Assembly (NCBI GenBank): GCA_964016885.1
Contig: OZ024744.1
Coordinates: 38,874,001-38,938,000 of the forward strand
Direction of reading: 5' to 3'
DNA: 64,000 nt
From: Eledone cirrhosa
Taxonomy: Eukaryota
Part shown: piece after piece, positions 12,473 through 30,052 of the stretch
Layout of the letters: the number at the start of each line of letters is the position of its first letter
Position numbering within the stretch: position 1 is the first letter of the stretch
The notes under the pieces: model-generated
What the model was told of the DNA's origin: nothing
The model's database searches: none
What the model saw: only the letters and a program-made list of their open reading frames with translations
Program-made: the position numbers and the translations under genes

Positions 12473-14670
12473 ATTCTGAAACTACATTTCCCAGGGTACT
12501 TGGATAAGTATAGTTCATTTTAATCAAAGGGTTCTCCGGGGGCACAAACCTGAAAAAGGTTTCCCTTCGATTTATATGAAATTTAAACCATAGGTAAATG
12601 ACAAGATATGATGCCTATTCACAGAATTTCAGCAAATTTCAATAATATTAAGACACCCTAATGAGGGTTATAGTGAACATTTTGGAAGCCCATAACTTGA
12701 GTATTGGAACTTTGAATTTCTAATTTGAAAATAGCTTTACACAAAAATGAAATGATCAAGTTTTGAATTGATATTTTGAAAAAAAATGATTTACAAGAAA
12801 CAAAATAAGAATAAGATTTAATAATGTAACGTGCGCTAACTGATAGCACAGCATAATAGTTTATCGAAAGCCCAACATACTCCGCCACAGCTATAAGGCG
12901 GATGACCTGGGCATCTTGGGTCCAGATAGCCTTAACCATAACGTGGTAGATAGATCAAACGTAATATAGTGAACAATGGGAGCAGATCGAGTGGACTACG
13001 TCTCACATGATCGATCCAACCCCGGAAGGGTTTGAATCTAACAACGGGTTTGTCCCAGGCGTTCCTGGGATATCTAATGAATCCGCCCTTTATGACGCGA
13101 GCTACCTCCCATACTTTTCATAAGCGCACAACGACTTCCTGCGTTCATATTTTGACAACCGTTGGGAGTTACTAACGAGAAGGTAAATATTGAAATTGTG
13201 GAATATGAATTGTGCTGCAAATATGATAAATTATAAAACCACATTAAAGGCAAAGTGCGACAGTTGATGTTGACTTTCAGCCGACCCAGGAGGGGTTATA
13301 CCCGACTGTGAAAAGATTACAACCTCCAGATTCAGTGATCTACACGAAAACCACGTGGTGGACATGTAAACAACATTGGTGTCATCGGTAGTTCTAGCCG
13401 TGAGTTTAGTATATCTTCTGCAGTACTTGCACACACCAGAAATTTATACTTATTCTAATAAGCTCGCCTATTAACCTAACCATAACTTCTTTTCCTTCAC
13501 TCTGCCCTAGGTAATTCCATAGGCGGAGTTTTCTATATACGCTTTCTGTCTACGAGACTAACTAGCCATTACGAATAGCATTTACTGTAGTATATTTACA
13601 TATGTTATGGCACTTTAGCCAGATGTAGACTGGGCCATATTGTGTATTTCACGTGGGACGTTGGGTTGCGTAACCGAACGTGAAGACTGTGAGAGATAGC
13701 AAATATTGCGGACTCGTTTTCTTTCCACTTCCTTCATTGGAGTGCCAGCAGTGCATGTACTCCGCTTTACCCCATTTCATTATATTCTGTTTGGGATTTG
13801 AGATGTTGCCTCTGTGGAGAAATCCTCTACGCGTGTATTTGGAAACCTAGTATTATGTCGCCTAATACTTGGAACTGGAACCAATGGATAGAGGGTGGTG
13901 GCCGGATATGGAGAAATCAACCAGTTACAAGGCAATTCTACTGGAGTGCACCATCTTTTCTATATACAATCCTGCCTCTAAAGCTGCACCACAGCTAACC
14001 AACTTTTCTGCTTACTGACTCCTGCTTACAACCTTTCATACTCTGCCTGTAAATCATGTACTTCCACTGCTTGTGAATTGATGTGTCTATGTTTGGTTTG
14101 TTTTTTGATCATGCTGAGTGACACCCTCATTCATTTCTTGCTCTCCTCTCTCAACCTCCTTATGATCTATTGTACAATTTATGTGATAAACTTTTGATGT
14201 AAATTTTGCGACATTATATGTATCATGTATTGTGTGTTGCTCTATACAGCGCTGGACTGGGACTCCCCTACTTGTCCTTTCTTGTTCTGGTGACTAGGTT
14301 CGACGGAGCCTGCAACCTTTGATATATTTTTGTTTATAGGCTCCGATGATTCCTGCCCTAGGGTATGTTAGCAAATAAAACAATGTATTTCTAAGCACTC
14401 TTTGGTTATTCCTAAACTTATAACGGCTCTGTAGTATACTAGTTATCCTACATTGAGCTAAAACCACACTGTCATACCAAGGGCAATATATCTGTGTGTC
14501 TGTACACATTAGTATAATTGTCAACCAAACTATATATATATTTAATGTAGGAGGTGAGTTTTATTGTAGCACAATAAAGCAATGCAAATATCGGATAAGT
14601 AGCACTCAACAGTTTATAGGACTGGAGTATAAATAATATAAAATCAAAATATGGTTAAAAGAGTTCCATG

Positions 14671-14741
14671 TATTTTATTATGCGCATTTCAAAAACAAAT
14701 ATCATCATGGGATGATATTTGCGTTCTCATCAGATAAAATA
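14671..14741 (-). ncRNA. Type I hammerhead ribozyme
   Basis: TATTTTAT-CTGATGA-helix II (AAATATCATC/GATGATATTT)-GAAA-TGCGCA-TA-ATAAAATA. Confidence 0.8.
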
Positions 14742-16318
14742 GGGAGACATGATATGAAGCTTAAAAAACACTTGCAAGCAGTGAAGTGTCAAATCAACAT
14801 ATGAAAAATAAAATTAGAGGGATATATGAGATTGGAAAAAAGGAAAGGAAGGGGGAAAGAAAAGGTAAGGAAGAGGAAGAAAAAATATAGATAGAAGAAA
14901 AAATATATATAATAATAAGGAAAGTATGACGGAGGAGGAGTATAAGAAGGATGAGAGAGGAGGAGAAAATGAATGAGAGAGAGAGATATAACCTTTAATA
15001 CTGAGAAACACTGTCTCAGAGAAAAAAAACCGCTGTATGATAATACATAATTTTTAAAAATTATGAAATTAAAAGTTAATGAGGTTTATGAATGGTGATG
15101 CTTATGATTAAAGAAAAAGGAATTAAGAATACTATTTATTTAAGGTTTATATATTGAAGGGTTTAATAAGATGTGCGAAAAGGAATTTATTAAAATGTAT
15201 TATTAAAATAAAATATATTAAGAAGATAAGGTGAATGAAGATAAGGTTAAATGAATTATGAACTTAGATGAATTAATTAGGGTCCGAGTTTGTTTCAATA
15301 TATTGTAATAGGAAAAAGTAAATAATAGAGTTAACACGAGCATGAAAAGAGAGAAGAAAGAAAAAATTCAAGGAAGAAAAAAAAAAGAAAAAATATATAA
15401 CGTCAAAAAAATATGTTTACAAAATTTCTCTAATGGTAATATTAGTATATATTAAAAATAAAAATGTGTATGGCCGAGAATATAAGGAAAATGCTATAGT
15501 GAGTTATAAGATGAATTAAGAAGTAATTGAGAAGTAAAAGTTGCAGATTAAAGATTAGAAATTTAAAAAAGAAGAAAATTAGGGGACCGCTAACGACATA
15601 GTATAAGTAATATTGTATAATATACTGAAATAAGGTAGAAAGATGGGTATATTTGTAAAAAATATAAAAGTGTTTGAGAAAAAGATTTTAAACTAATTAG
15701 GTAGTAAGATATTAGCTGTATACTTTATGGAAAGTTTTATGGGGATTAATGCAGTATATTGAAACAAACTCGGACCCTAATTAATTCCTCTAAGTTCATA
15801 ATTCATTTAACCTTTTCTTCATTCACCTTATCTCCTTAATATTTTTTATTTTAATAATACATTTTAATAAATTCCTTTTCGCACATCTTATTAAACCCTT
15901 CAATATATAAACCTTAAATAAATAGTATTCTTAATTCCTTTTTCTTTAATCATAAGCACACCATTCATAAACCTCATTAACTTCTAATTTCATTTTTTTT
16001 TTTAAATTATGTATTATCTTACAACGGTTTTTTTTTCTCTGTTAGACAGTGTTTCTCAGTATTAAAGGTTATATCTCTCTCTCTCTCATTCATTTTCTCC
16101 TCCTCTCTCATCCTTCTTATACTCCTCCTCCGTCATCCTTTCCTTATTATTATTTTTTTTTTCTTCTATCTATATTTTTTCTTCCTCTTCATTACCTTTT
16201 CTTTCCCCCTTCCTTTCCTTTTTTCCAATCTCATATATCCCTCTAATTTTATTTTTCATATGTTGATTTGACACTTCACTGCTCGCAAGTGTTTTTTAAG
16301 CTTCATATCATGTCTCCC

Positions 16319-16389
16319 TATTTTATCTGATGAAAACGCAAATATCATCCCATGATGATATTTGTTTTTGAAATGCCCATAATAAAATA
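16319..16389 (+). ncRNA. Type I hammerhead ribozyme (mirror copy of 14671-14741)
   Basis: TATTTTAT-CTGATGA-helix II-GAAA-TGCCCA-TA-ATAAAATA. Confidence 0.75.
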
Positions 16390-16424
16390 CGTGGATCTCT
16401 TTTAACCATCTTTTTATTTTATAT

Positions 16425-16544
<120 letters not shown>

Positions 16545-16752
16545 CAATTAAAATACAGAGTTACTAACTCATATTGATACCCTGTTATTAACAAGCTCAA
16601 AGTATAAATACTGAGCATTATATAATAATATATGTAGAAATAAACACAGTAAATTGTGTCTTGGTACTTCTACCCTCGTAATTTTAGACACACAATTTAC
16701 TGTGTTTATTTCTACATATATTATTATTATTATTATTATTATTATTCTTATT

Positions 16753-16822
<70 letters not shown>

Positions 16823-16940
16823 TATGTTTTGAAACAGTGAGCACGTTTGAAATTAGAAAATAGAATAGCTTTAAAGTAAGTACTTGTCATTTATACTCGC
16901 AAAGAATGTAGCCCTCTAATTTGAATGGAAGGAAATGGGT

Positions 16941-17011
16941 GATGTGTTGGTGTAATGGTAGCACAGTGGTCTGGATAACCAAAGATGTGGGTTCGACTCC
17001 CATGTACGTCA
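16941..17011 (+). tRNA. tRNA-like cloverleaf with GGA in the anticodon position (pseudo-tRNA or SINE head), copy 1
   Basis: Acceptor GATGTGT/GTACGTC, D arm GTGT-AATGGTA-GCAC, loop CTGGATA, T arm GTGGG-TTCGACT-CCCAT, T-run downstream. Confidence 0.7.
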
Positions 17012-17200
17012 ATACTCATCTTTTTCCATTTATCTGAGGGTTCTAAACCCCATTATCAGGCTAAAAATTTTTTAGTAAAAAATACGGTGAAAGCTATTCT
17101 ATTTTCTAATTTCAAACCTGCTCACTATTTCAAAACATACTTACTTGTCATTTATACTCGCTAAGAATGTAGCTTCTAATTTGAATGGAAGGAGATGGGT

Positions 17201-17271
17201 GATGTGTTGGTGTAATGGTAGCACAGTGGTCTGGATAACCAAAGATGTGGGTTCGACTCCCATGTACGTCA
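17201..17271 (+). tRNA. tRNA-like cloverleaf, copy 2 (260-bp tandem unit)
   Basis: Identical to 16941-17011. Confidence 0.7.
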
Positions 17272-17500
17272 ATACTCATCTTTTTCAATTTATCTGATGG
17301 TTCTAAACCCCATTATCAGGCTAAAATTTCTTTAGTCAAAAATACGGTGGCTGAAACAGGTAAAAGAGTAAAATATATATATATAACGAAGGAAATGTGA
17401 TAAGGAACCAGATGGACCATAACGCACCAAAGTACTCAATACTTAGGGTAGTAGAGTGGGTAATAGGGGTCATACTTGTTCCTATATATATATATATATA

Positions 17501-17660
17501 TAGTAATAATAATAAATTTGAAGACTAAAATCCAAAGAGGGCTCGATAAGGATAAATATATATCAAATATATAAGAACCGTTCTTATATATTTGATATAT
17601 ATTTATCCTTATCGAGCCCTCTTTGGATTTTAGTCTTCACATTTATTATTATTATTATTA
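17501..17660. repeat. Near-perfect palindrome built from the PLE terminal sequence of 10250-10325
   Basis: Arms of ~60-80 bp with 1-nt centre AAGAAC-C-GTTCTT at 17579, flanked by (TA)n/(TAT)n. Confidence 0.92.
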
Positions 17661-17670
17661 TAATTATTAT

Positions 17671-17719
<49 letters not shown>

Positions 17720-17812
17720 ATTTATCTGCCAATCAATGTTTATCATTGATTGGCCAACAGTTAAATATATATATATGTGTGTGTGTGTGTATGTGTGTGT
17801 GTGTGTGTGTGT

Positions 17813-17948
<136 letters not shown>

Positions 17949-18016
17949 AAAGTCCTTTCGTCACACACTTGTGACATCATCACTGATGCTATCATATTTC
18001 TTCCCGTTGTATTGTA

Positions 18017-18160
18017 ATGTTCAAATTTAATCAGGAGATTTATACCCAAGATGAAGGTGCAGTCATTGGCGTCAGCATAGCTGGTGATATTGCCAACCTA
18101 TTCATGGTATGGTGGGAAAGGAGACTCAGAGAACGCCTAGCAGAGCACTCCATAGCCCTC
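18017..18160 (+). pseudogene. Short Penelope-like RT fragment (different family)
   Basis: Manual translation FKFNQEIYTQDEGAVIGVSIAGDIANLFMVWWERRLRERL (RT motif B region). Confidence 0.65.
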
Positions 18161-18739
18161 GCCATTTTAACTCTCTGTATTTAGTAATATTGCACGCTAA
18201 CTCATTTCACACCTATATTCATTTTTTATTCTACCGTAATAAATAATAATAACACTTCTCATCCTTTCTTAAATATCTCCTTAGTATATCACAATAACTT
18301 CCAGTAAGAACCAGCTTCTAATTCTCTTTATTATCAAATAATCTCCCTTTCATTATATTTATGCCTCTTGTTACTTGCACCTGCTTACTTCCTGTTTTAT
18401 ATTTCCTCCATTATTTAAACGATTAATTTCTTTGATTTTAGAATGTATTTTACTTCTGTTTCGGTCCTTCGAATGATAAGTGGTATGGTTTGCATTTCAT
18501 GACGTTTGTAGTTCCCACCATCAGTGACATGTATTTTGGAATTCTATGTTTATTTTCTTTTTGGTTCTGAAGTTGAGGTCAGTTCTTAGTTCAGTTTTAT
18601 TATCATCTGTTCTTATCGGTTATATAATCGATAATTTTTAAGTTTATGTACTGAAGTTTGATCTTATTTTTGAAACAATTGTAAACCAATAAACATTCGG
18701 TTCTGTATTCTCTCACACTCAATTTTTATGAATTTTCTT

Positions 18740-20560
<1,821 letters not shown>

Positions 20561-20712
20561 AAACCACAGACCCTCCATCTCAACTCTACTTTTGAAAATC
20601 AGAAGAACTGCGAAACCGGTAAAGGAACCAAATAAATATATATATTTTGTTAAATAAGACTCCAGTTGCATTTTCGATTTCATCTTTTTTCATTATTCTT
20701 TCACTAGTGTAG

Positions 20713-20902
20713 TTAGGGCGGTGAATTGGCAGTATCGGTAGAGGGTTGGACGCCATGCTTTGACGCATAGAGTTACGGCCCTTGCCATTCTGAGTTCAAA
20801 TCCCGCCGAGGTTAACTTTGCCTTTCATCCTTATGGGGTCGATAAAATAAAGTACCAGTAATGTACTGGATAATTGCTGGCCTTGTGCCAAAAGTAGAAA
20901 CA
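20713..20902 (+). mobile_element. tRNA-derived octopus-type SINE with 21-bp target-site duplication
   Basis: A box TGGCAGTATCGG, B box GAGTTCAAATCC, body GCCTTTCATCC..GGGGTCGATAAAATAAAGTACCAG. TSD ATTATTCTTTCACTAGTGTAG at 20692-20712 and 20903-20923. Confidence 0.88.
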
Positions 20903-21000
20903 ATTATTCTTTCACTAGTGTAGGACACCTCGGTTATTTTTCATTTGTAAAAAAAACCTAACTTTCTAATATATATATATTTCATTTACCAGATAATTAT

Positions 21001-21058
21001 TTCATTTACCAGTGGTTTCTTAGAAGCAGATAAATCTGCTTTCAGTCGTCAGAATGAA
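21001..21058 (-). ncRNA. Type I hammerhead ribozyme (family of 36279/36562)
   Basis: TTCATT-CTGACGA-helix II (AAGCAGAT/ATCTGCTT)-GAAA-CCA c TGG-TA-AATGAA. Confidence 0.78.
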
Positions 21059-21161
21059 TAAAACGTGGTGTTTTATAGAATGTGGATTTGAAAACAAAAT
21101 ATAAGAAATATGAAAGTGAGGCTGAGGAAACAACGGGCTAAGAAGAAAAGGAATATTTATA

Positions 21162-22155
<994 letters not shown>

Positions 22156-22187
22156 ATATATATATATATATATATATACATATATAT

Positions 22188-23249
22188 ACCAGATAGAAAA
22201 ATGCGTACAGCAAAAAAAAGTAATATTGTTGGAATATAAACCTTTAAAAATACAGGACAAGAAATTAAAATAAAACTTTAAAAGAATAGGACAAGAAACT
22301 AAGATAAAACTTTAAAGAATTGGACAAGAAATAAAAAATTTTACAATAATATTAGTGGCAACATTTTTATTGGTAAAAAATCGAGTTCCACATTCATAGG
22401 CTCTGGGTTCCACATTCAGAGGTCGTCGTCAGACCGGGGGGATCATTTGATCCTGGTTTGAACACCAATTGGGCCATAACCATACCCCTATTTCATCATT
22501 CGGCGACACGCCTCATGTGTCATGCATAATGTGAATGGACCCATGGGCCCATGAGCACAGATCTTGAGCAGCACCGGGCGGTCTTGTCGTCCCGCTCATC
22601 CTTGATCTTGACCAACCCGTCCATCTTCTCCTTGCATCTTGTCCTTGAGTTCAAGTCCGGCAGTCCAGATGAATGCGTGCCACAGCTTTCTGGTACAGGA
22701 AGGGGGAGCAGGAGGACTGGAGGGATGACGGGACAGAGGTAGGGAGGACCGGTGGTTGAGGGAGGTGCCGTAGTCGGTGGTCAGAGTCGACATCTTGTCC
22801 CGGTCGTCTTCTCCATCTTCGTCTGGTGTTGCGGGACCAGAAGTGCATTCTTGGAGGAGACCTGCAGCTGCATCGGCCAATTCTTCTTGCAATGGTCATT
22901 CTGACGGAGCAGAACTGCTCAGCCAACCAACCCCAACCAGAACCAACCGCTCAGGGGCAACGCACAATGAGAGCATGACAATTATTATGCACTAATCAAG
23001 AAGATACTGGGGCATAGCACAGGAAACGAATAAAAAAATTTTGCCACTAATATTATTGTAAAATTTTTTATTTCTTGTCCAATTCTTTAAAGTTTTATCT
23101 TAGTTTCTTGTCCTATTCTTTTAAAGTTTTATCTTAGTTTCTTGTCCTATTCTTTTAAAGTTTTATTTTAGTTTCTTGTGCTGTATTTTTAAAGGTTTAT
23201 ATTCCAACAATATTACTTTTTTTTGCTGTACGCATTTTTCTATCTGGTC
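22188..23249. repeat. AT-rich ~180-220 bp inverted repeats with internal ~34-bp sub-repeats enclosing a GC-rich ~650-bp segment
   Basis: ACCAGATAGAAAAATGCGTACAGC.. at 22188-22370 versus reverse complement at 23030-23249. Confidence 0.9.
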
Positions 23250-23520
23250 TACTATTTTTTAAGGCAATGCAAGCAACAACTATCTAATAATTAAATGATC
23301 ATAGTGAATTACTGACAAGTGATTGGCATTTTAAAGTTCTTTTGAGTATAATTGCAATCTAGTTGAGGCAACTGGCTTAATGACAAAGCTAGTAAATCAT
23401 GAATGCATTTGAGATGATTAGTGCATAATAGTGAATTGGTGAAACTTGTGCATTTCAATGGTGTTACAACAATAGATGTAAGTTATATAGTAGTAATACT
23501 TTATCATTTTAACTTTTTAG

Positions 23521-23881
23521 AATGGATAAAAACCCATGCAAAGAAATGACTTTGACTGGAGTGATTCTCTCCAATTTACTTACAAAGCAAAACGTGGTCA
23601 AATACCTTATCATCTCTGATAAAATGCCCATTGAATCACTGAAAATCGGATGCATGGAATTCCTCATAAAATGCACCTATGAATCGGAAGCCATCACATA
23701 TATCAATGGATATAGGGAGTTGTTCACACTGGAAGACCATCACTTCATTTGTGACTTCATCAGTTATCTCCACGATTATCTCAGACACCCAATGCCATTG
23801 ATGAGAGGTGATCCAATGTGTGAGCATGTAACTAATCTTATAGAAGTTGTTATCGACCACCTGGCTTTTAGTGACATTTGA
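23521..23881 (+). CDS. BACK-like (BTB-associated) domain exon/ORF, 119 aa
   Basis: NLLTKQNVVKYLIISDKMPIESLKIGCMEFL fits the L..xNV..L..AD....LK..C..FL pattern. Preceded by acceptor-like TTTTTAG. Confidence 0.5.
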
Positions 23882-24088
23882 CTGATTTGACTGATAATGA
23901 TGTATTTTTAAAAAGTATGTGTACATTCTTGTTACTATTTTAAGGCAATGCAAGCAACAACTATTTAATAAATTTTAAATTTAAAAATGACCATTGTGCA
24001 TTACTAGTATGATGACATTTTATTAAGTCACAAAATTAGTCAGTCAGCCATAGAACAAGGATCAGGTGGCAAAAACATTGGCAAAAAT

Positions 24089-24815
24089 TTATGTCAATTT
24101 AAGATTTCCACCATTGTTCAAATGAATCATATCTGGTTTGAAGTCAGATTTGTCAAGTTTTGACCAATTTTCAATGTTGTGAAGATTGGGCAAGTTCAAT
24201 TTTTGAATCATTTCTTTCATGCAGTAATTAAACTTTTCCAAACGAGAATTTCTCTTGCCCAAGTCATTTTTATTTTCAATTACACTTTGTGGACGTGGAA
24301 TGACACCACTGTAGAAAATGGGTGTACAGTGGTGCTTTTCCGCTATATTCTGTAGCCTTGCAAAGAGACTCTTCCCCTGTTTTTCCGGTTTTGTGCCTCG
24401 AATGGGCACTTTGTCCTTAATTTACAAATAAATGATTAATAAAAAATACTTGGGCAAAAATTATTGTATTACTTTGCACAGCTTTGTAGTGTCAACGGTG
24501 CGACGAGGATTCAGATCATTAGAGCCGACATGAACCACCAATACTTTCACAAAAGGACAACAGATAACAATGTTGGCGATTAACATTACCTGGCCCTGAC
24601 GGGCCCCAGGTATACAAATTATCTAAGTATTTTTGTTGGTATGATAAGTAAATACATTTCAATTAATATTTTTATACCTTCTGGTCATTCGATTTCGCCA
24701 CATTTCTAATTATGGATTTGTAAAAACTGGCATGAATGTGAATTTAATCAGTCCAATTGCCCGATTTTAGTGAAAAGTTTTGATTCGAAATGGAAATACT
24801 CCATTTCCGTGCCAT
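24089..24815 (-). pseudogene. Three-exon SGNH/GDSL hydrolase-like pseudogene
   Basis: Exons 24815-24678, 24622-24473, 24415-24089 joined by phase-0 GT..AG introns of 55 and 57 bp. Motifs SIIRNV, CIPGA, VVHVGSNDL, SGVIPR, DMIHLN..G. TAA in exon 1 at 24746-24744. Confidence 0.8.
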
Positions 24816-24904
24816 GGAAAAAATGAATAAGCCGATCAAAAAGCCGCGAAACATCATTTTCAATTAAGCGAAATTAGTGGATGCAAATCTCAGAAAATAT
24901 TGTA

Positions 24905-25020
24905 CACTATTCGCACCTATCGCACTATGCGCACCTATCGGTACAAAAATATAGCGCACTATTCGCACCTATCGGTACAAAAATATAGCGCACTATTCGC
25001 ACCTATCGGTACAAAAAATC
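24905..25020. repeat. 34-bp tandem repeat
   Basis: CACTAT(T/G)CGCACCTATCGGTACAAAAATATAGCG, about 3 copies. Confidence 0.9.
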
Positions 25021-26094
25021 GCACGACTGTTAATAATACTAGAAGTGCAAACTATCTGTTGAATACCTGGTATATGAAGAGCAACCGATACGATCGGTCG
25101 GCGATCGGTCTTGAAGAGGAATGAAGAATGAAGTGAAATTTTGGTCTGGTTGTTGTCATGGGTGTTTCGCAGAGATGCCGGCACGAACAAAGGTGTCAGT
25201 GACACAAAGTTTCCGCTTGAACAAAGGTGTCGGTCCGACAAAGGTGTCAGTCAGACAGACAGTTAGACAGTGTCACAGTCGGTGCGACAAAGCGATCGAT
25301 GCGATTAAAAAAAATTTAACTCACATGTTTACCTATATTTTCGCAAACTATTGATAGATTGGTACAAAAAATAGCTTTGATAATAAACATAAATTTTTAA
25401 CGAAGTATTTAAAAAGCATTTTAGCAGAGAAAAGTGAAGTAATGTTTCACACTGACGCAAGTAGGGCCGTTCAGAAATGACGTAGTCAATTAGGAGGAGG
25501 GGATTCGGCGATTTCACTACATTTGACTAACGTAATCACAATCACAAGAGTTCCGCCGAAAAAAATTCGTCATTTCTGGATTACCTCCCCTAGCGTCACG
25601 CTTACTACTCACTCACTTGAACACAAGATTTATCAGCAAACTTTGATTATAAATTTTTTCCCGCTGGACCAAATTTCTAGATTTTTAAGCCAAAAGATGC
25701 GTAATGATCTACTGTTCATGCTCATATAAGTTTTATTTCAGTTAAATAAAGTAGAGCCGCGCTGTACTGTCGTAAACAGACGATTGCCAACGAAAACACG
25801 ACCACAACAATATTACTAAACGGACTACCGTCCGTTTAGGATATACATACACATACATATACATGAAGTAATAAGAATAAATAAATAAATGAATAAGAAC
25901 AAAAAATATTCAAAATAAAAAATTAAAAAATAAAGAATCAAAAAATAGACAGAGGATGCGCGTTAACAACGATAAGAGAGGGGAGGGGGAAAAACAAATA
26001 AACATAAACAAATACACGAAGTGTTCAACTACATAAAAATACAGATACAAAAAATAAAAAACATATATATATATACATATAAATATATATATAC

Positions 26095-26205
<111 letters not shown>

Positions 26206-26356
26206 CAAGCATACACACATACATACATACACACGCACGGACACACACAACAAAACAACCATGCACAAACACTCATATACACGTATCAAAACATATACAC
26301 AAATGTAAGTGTATATACATATATATATATATATACATTCACACTCGCACACATAT

Positions 26357-26389
<33 letters not shown>

Positions 26390-26606
26390 GTAATAATAAT
26401 AAATTTGAAGACTAAAATCCAAAGAGGGCCCGATATATATATATAGAGATAAATATACACGGGTGTGTATGATTGTGTATAGAAGATTATATTAATAAAA
26501 GGAATTACAACTTTGTCTGATTTACTCGTTTTATTTACAATCCTTTAAATTTATAATGGTATTAGAATGAAATAGTATGGTAGAATATTAAATGTTAAGT
26601 GTTAAT

Positions 26607-26645
26607 TGAACAAGTACTTTCATGCTTTCGCAATCTTCAGGTTCA
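26607..26645 (-). ncRNA. Minimal type I hammerhead ribozyme
   Basis: Exact reverse complement of 26719-26757. Confidence 0.75.
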
Positions 26646-26718
26646 TGTTGTATGGTAACAGTCACGTTTGCAATTTTCAACAGTTGAAAATTGCAAATTT
26701 GACTGGCACCACTCATTA

Positions 26719-26757
26719 TGAACCTGAAGATTGCGAAAGCATGAAAGTACTTGTTCA
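26719..26757 (+). ncRNA. Minimal type I hammerhead ribozyme
   Basis: TGAAC-CTGAAGA-tTGC GAAA GCAt-GAAA-GTAC-TT-GTTCA; palindromic AGTACT helix III. Confidence 0.75.
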
Positions 26758-27237
26758 ATTAAAACTTAACATTTAATATTCTACCATACTATTTCATTCT
26801 AATGCCATTATAAATTTTAAAGGATTGTAAATAAAACGAGTAAATCAGACAAAGTTGGAATTCCTTTTATTAATATATATATATATATACACACATATAT
26901 ATATATACACTCATATATATATATATACACGAAAATATAAATATTAAAATAAACATATATACACATCCACGTACACATACACAAGCGTGCAAAAATACAT
27001 ATAAACAAACACACGTAAGAAAATAAGCATACAACCAAATGAGCGTACAAACGTAACCACATCCGTGCGCGCACTCGCACGTAAATAACACACGCAGACA
27101 AAACCATACGTAAGACTATACGGACAAAAACACAAAGGTTTATAATCACCGCATACACACAACTAAAAACGTAAACACATACACAGAACCAAATAAATTA
27201 AATATAAATAAACACACATAAGTAAAAATACATACAA

Positions 27238-29740
<2,503 letters not shown>

Positions 29741-29865
29741 TATATATACATATATATACATATACACGTATATATACAAAAAAACATACGCACGCATTTA
29801 TATATATATATATATATATATACATACACAAATACACACACAGACATATATACACTCACATGCAC

Positions 29866-29898
<33 letters not shown>

Positions 29899-30014
29899 AA
29901 CGTTAGAATATGTGTAATAAGGCCAAGACAATGCAGGTATGGACATAGAAAAAAGAATGCAATAGTGAAAGATATTGATGTGAATTCGTCTTTCACCTTG
30001 AATTTATTTAAATG

Positions 30015-30052
30015 TCCTTAATTTTCGAGATAATATCTCTTCTTCGGAGGGA
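30015..30052 (-). ncRNA. Degenerate minimal hammerhead
   Basis: TCCCT-CCGAAGA-aGAGAT att ATCTC-GAAA-AT-TA-AGGA (core U to C change). Confidence 0.5.

Larger units (their letters stand above)
26488..26876. repeat. ~390-bp palindrome (centre 26682) with an outward-facing minimal HHR in each arm
   Basis: Arms are reverse complements; centre TTTTCAAC-A-GTTGAAAA. Confidence 0.93.

Noticed and set aside
24905-25020. Short regular repeats resembling a CRISPR array
   Set aside because: Contiguous tandem units without unique spacers; eukaryotic context; no cas genes
25462-25593. Harbinger-like mini-MITE termini (GGGCCGTTCAGAAATGACG)
   Set aside because: Right end matches poorly and no clear TSD
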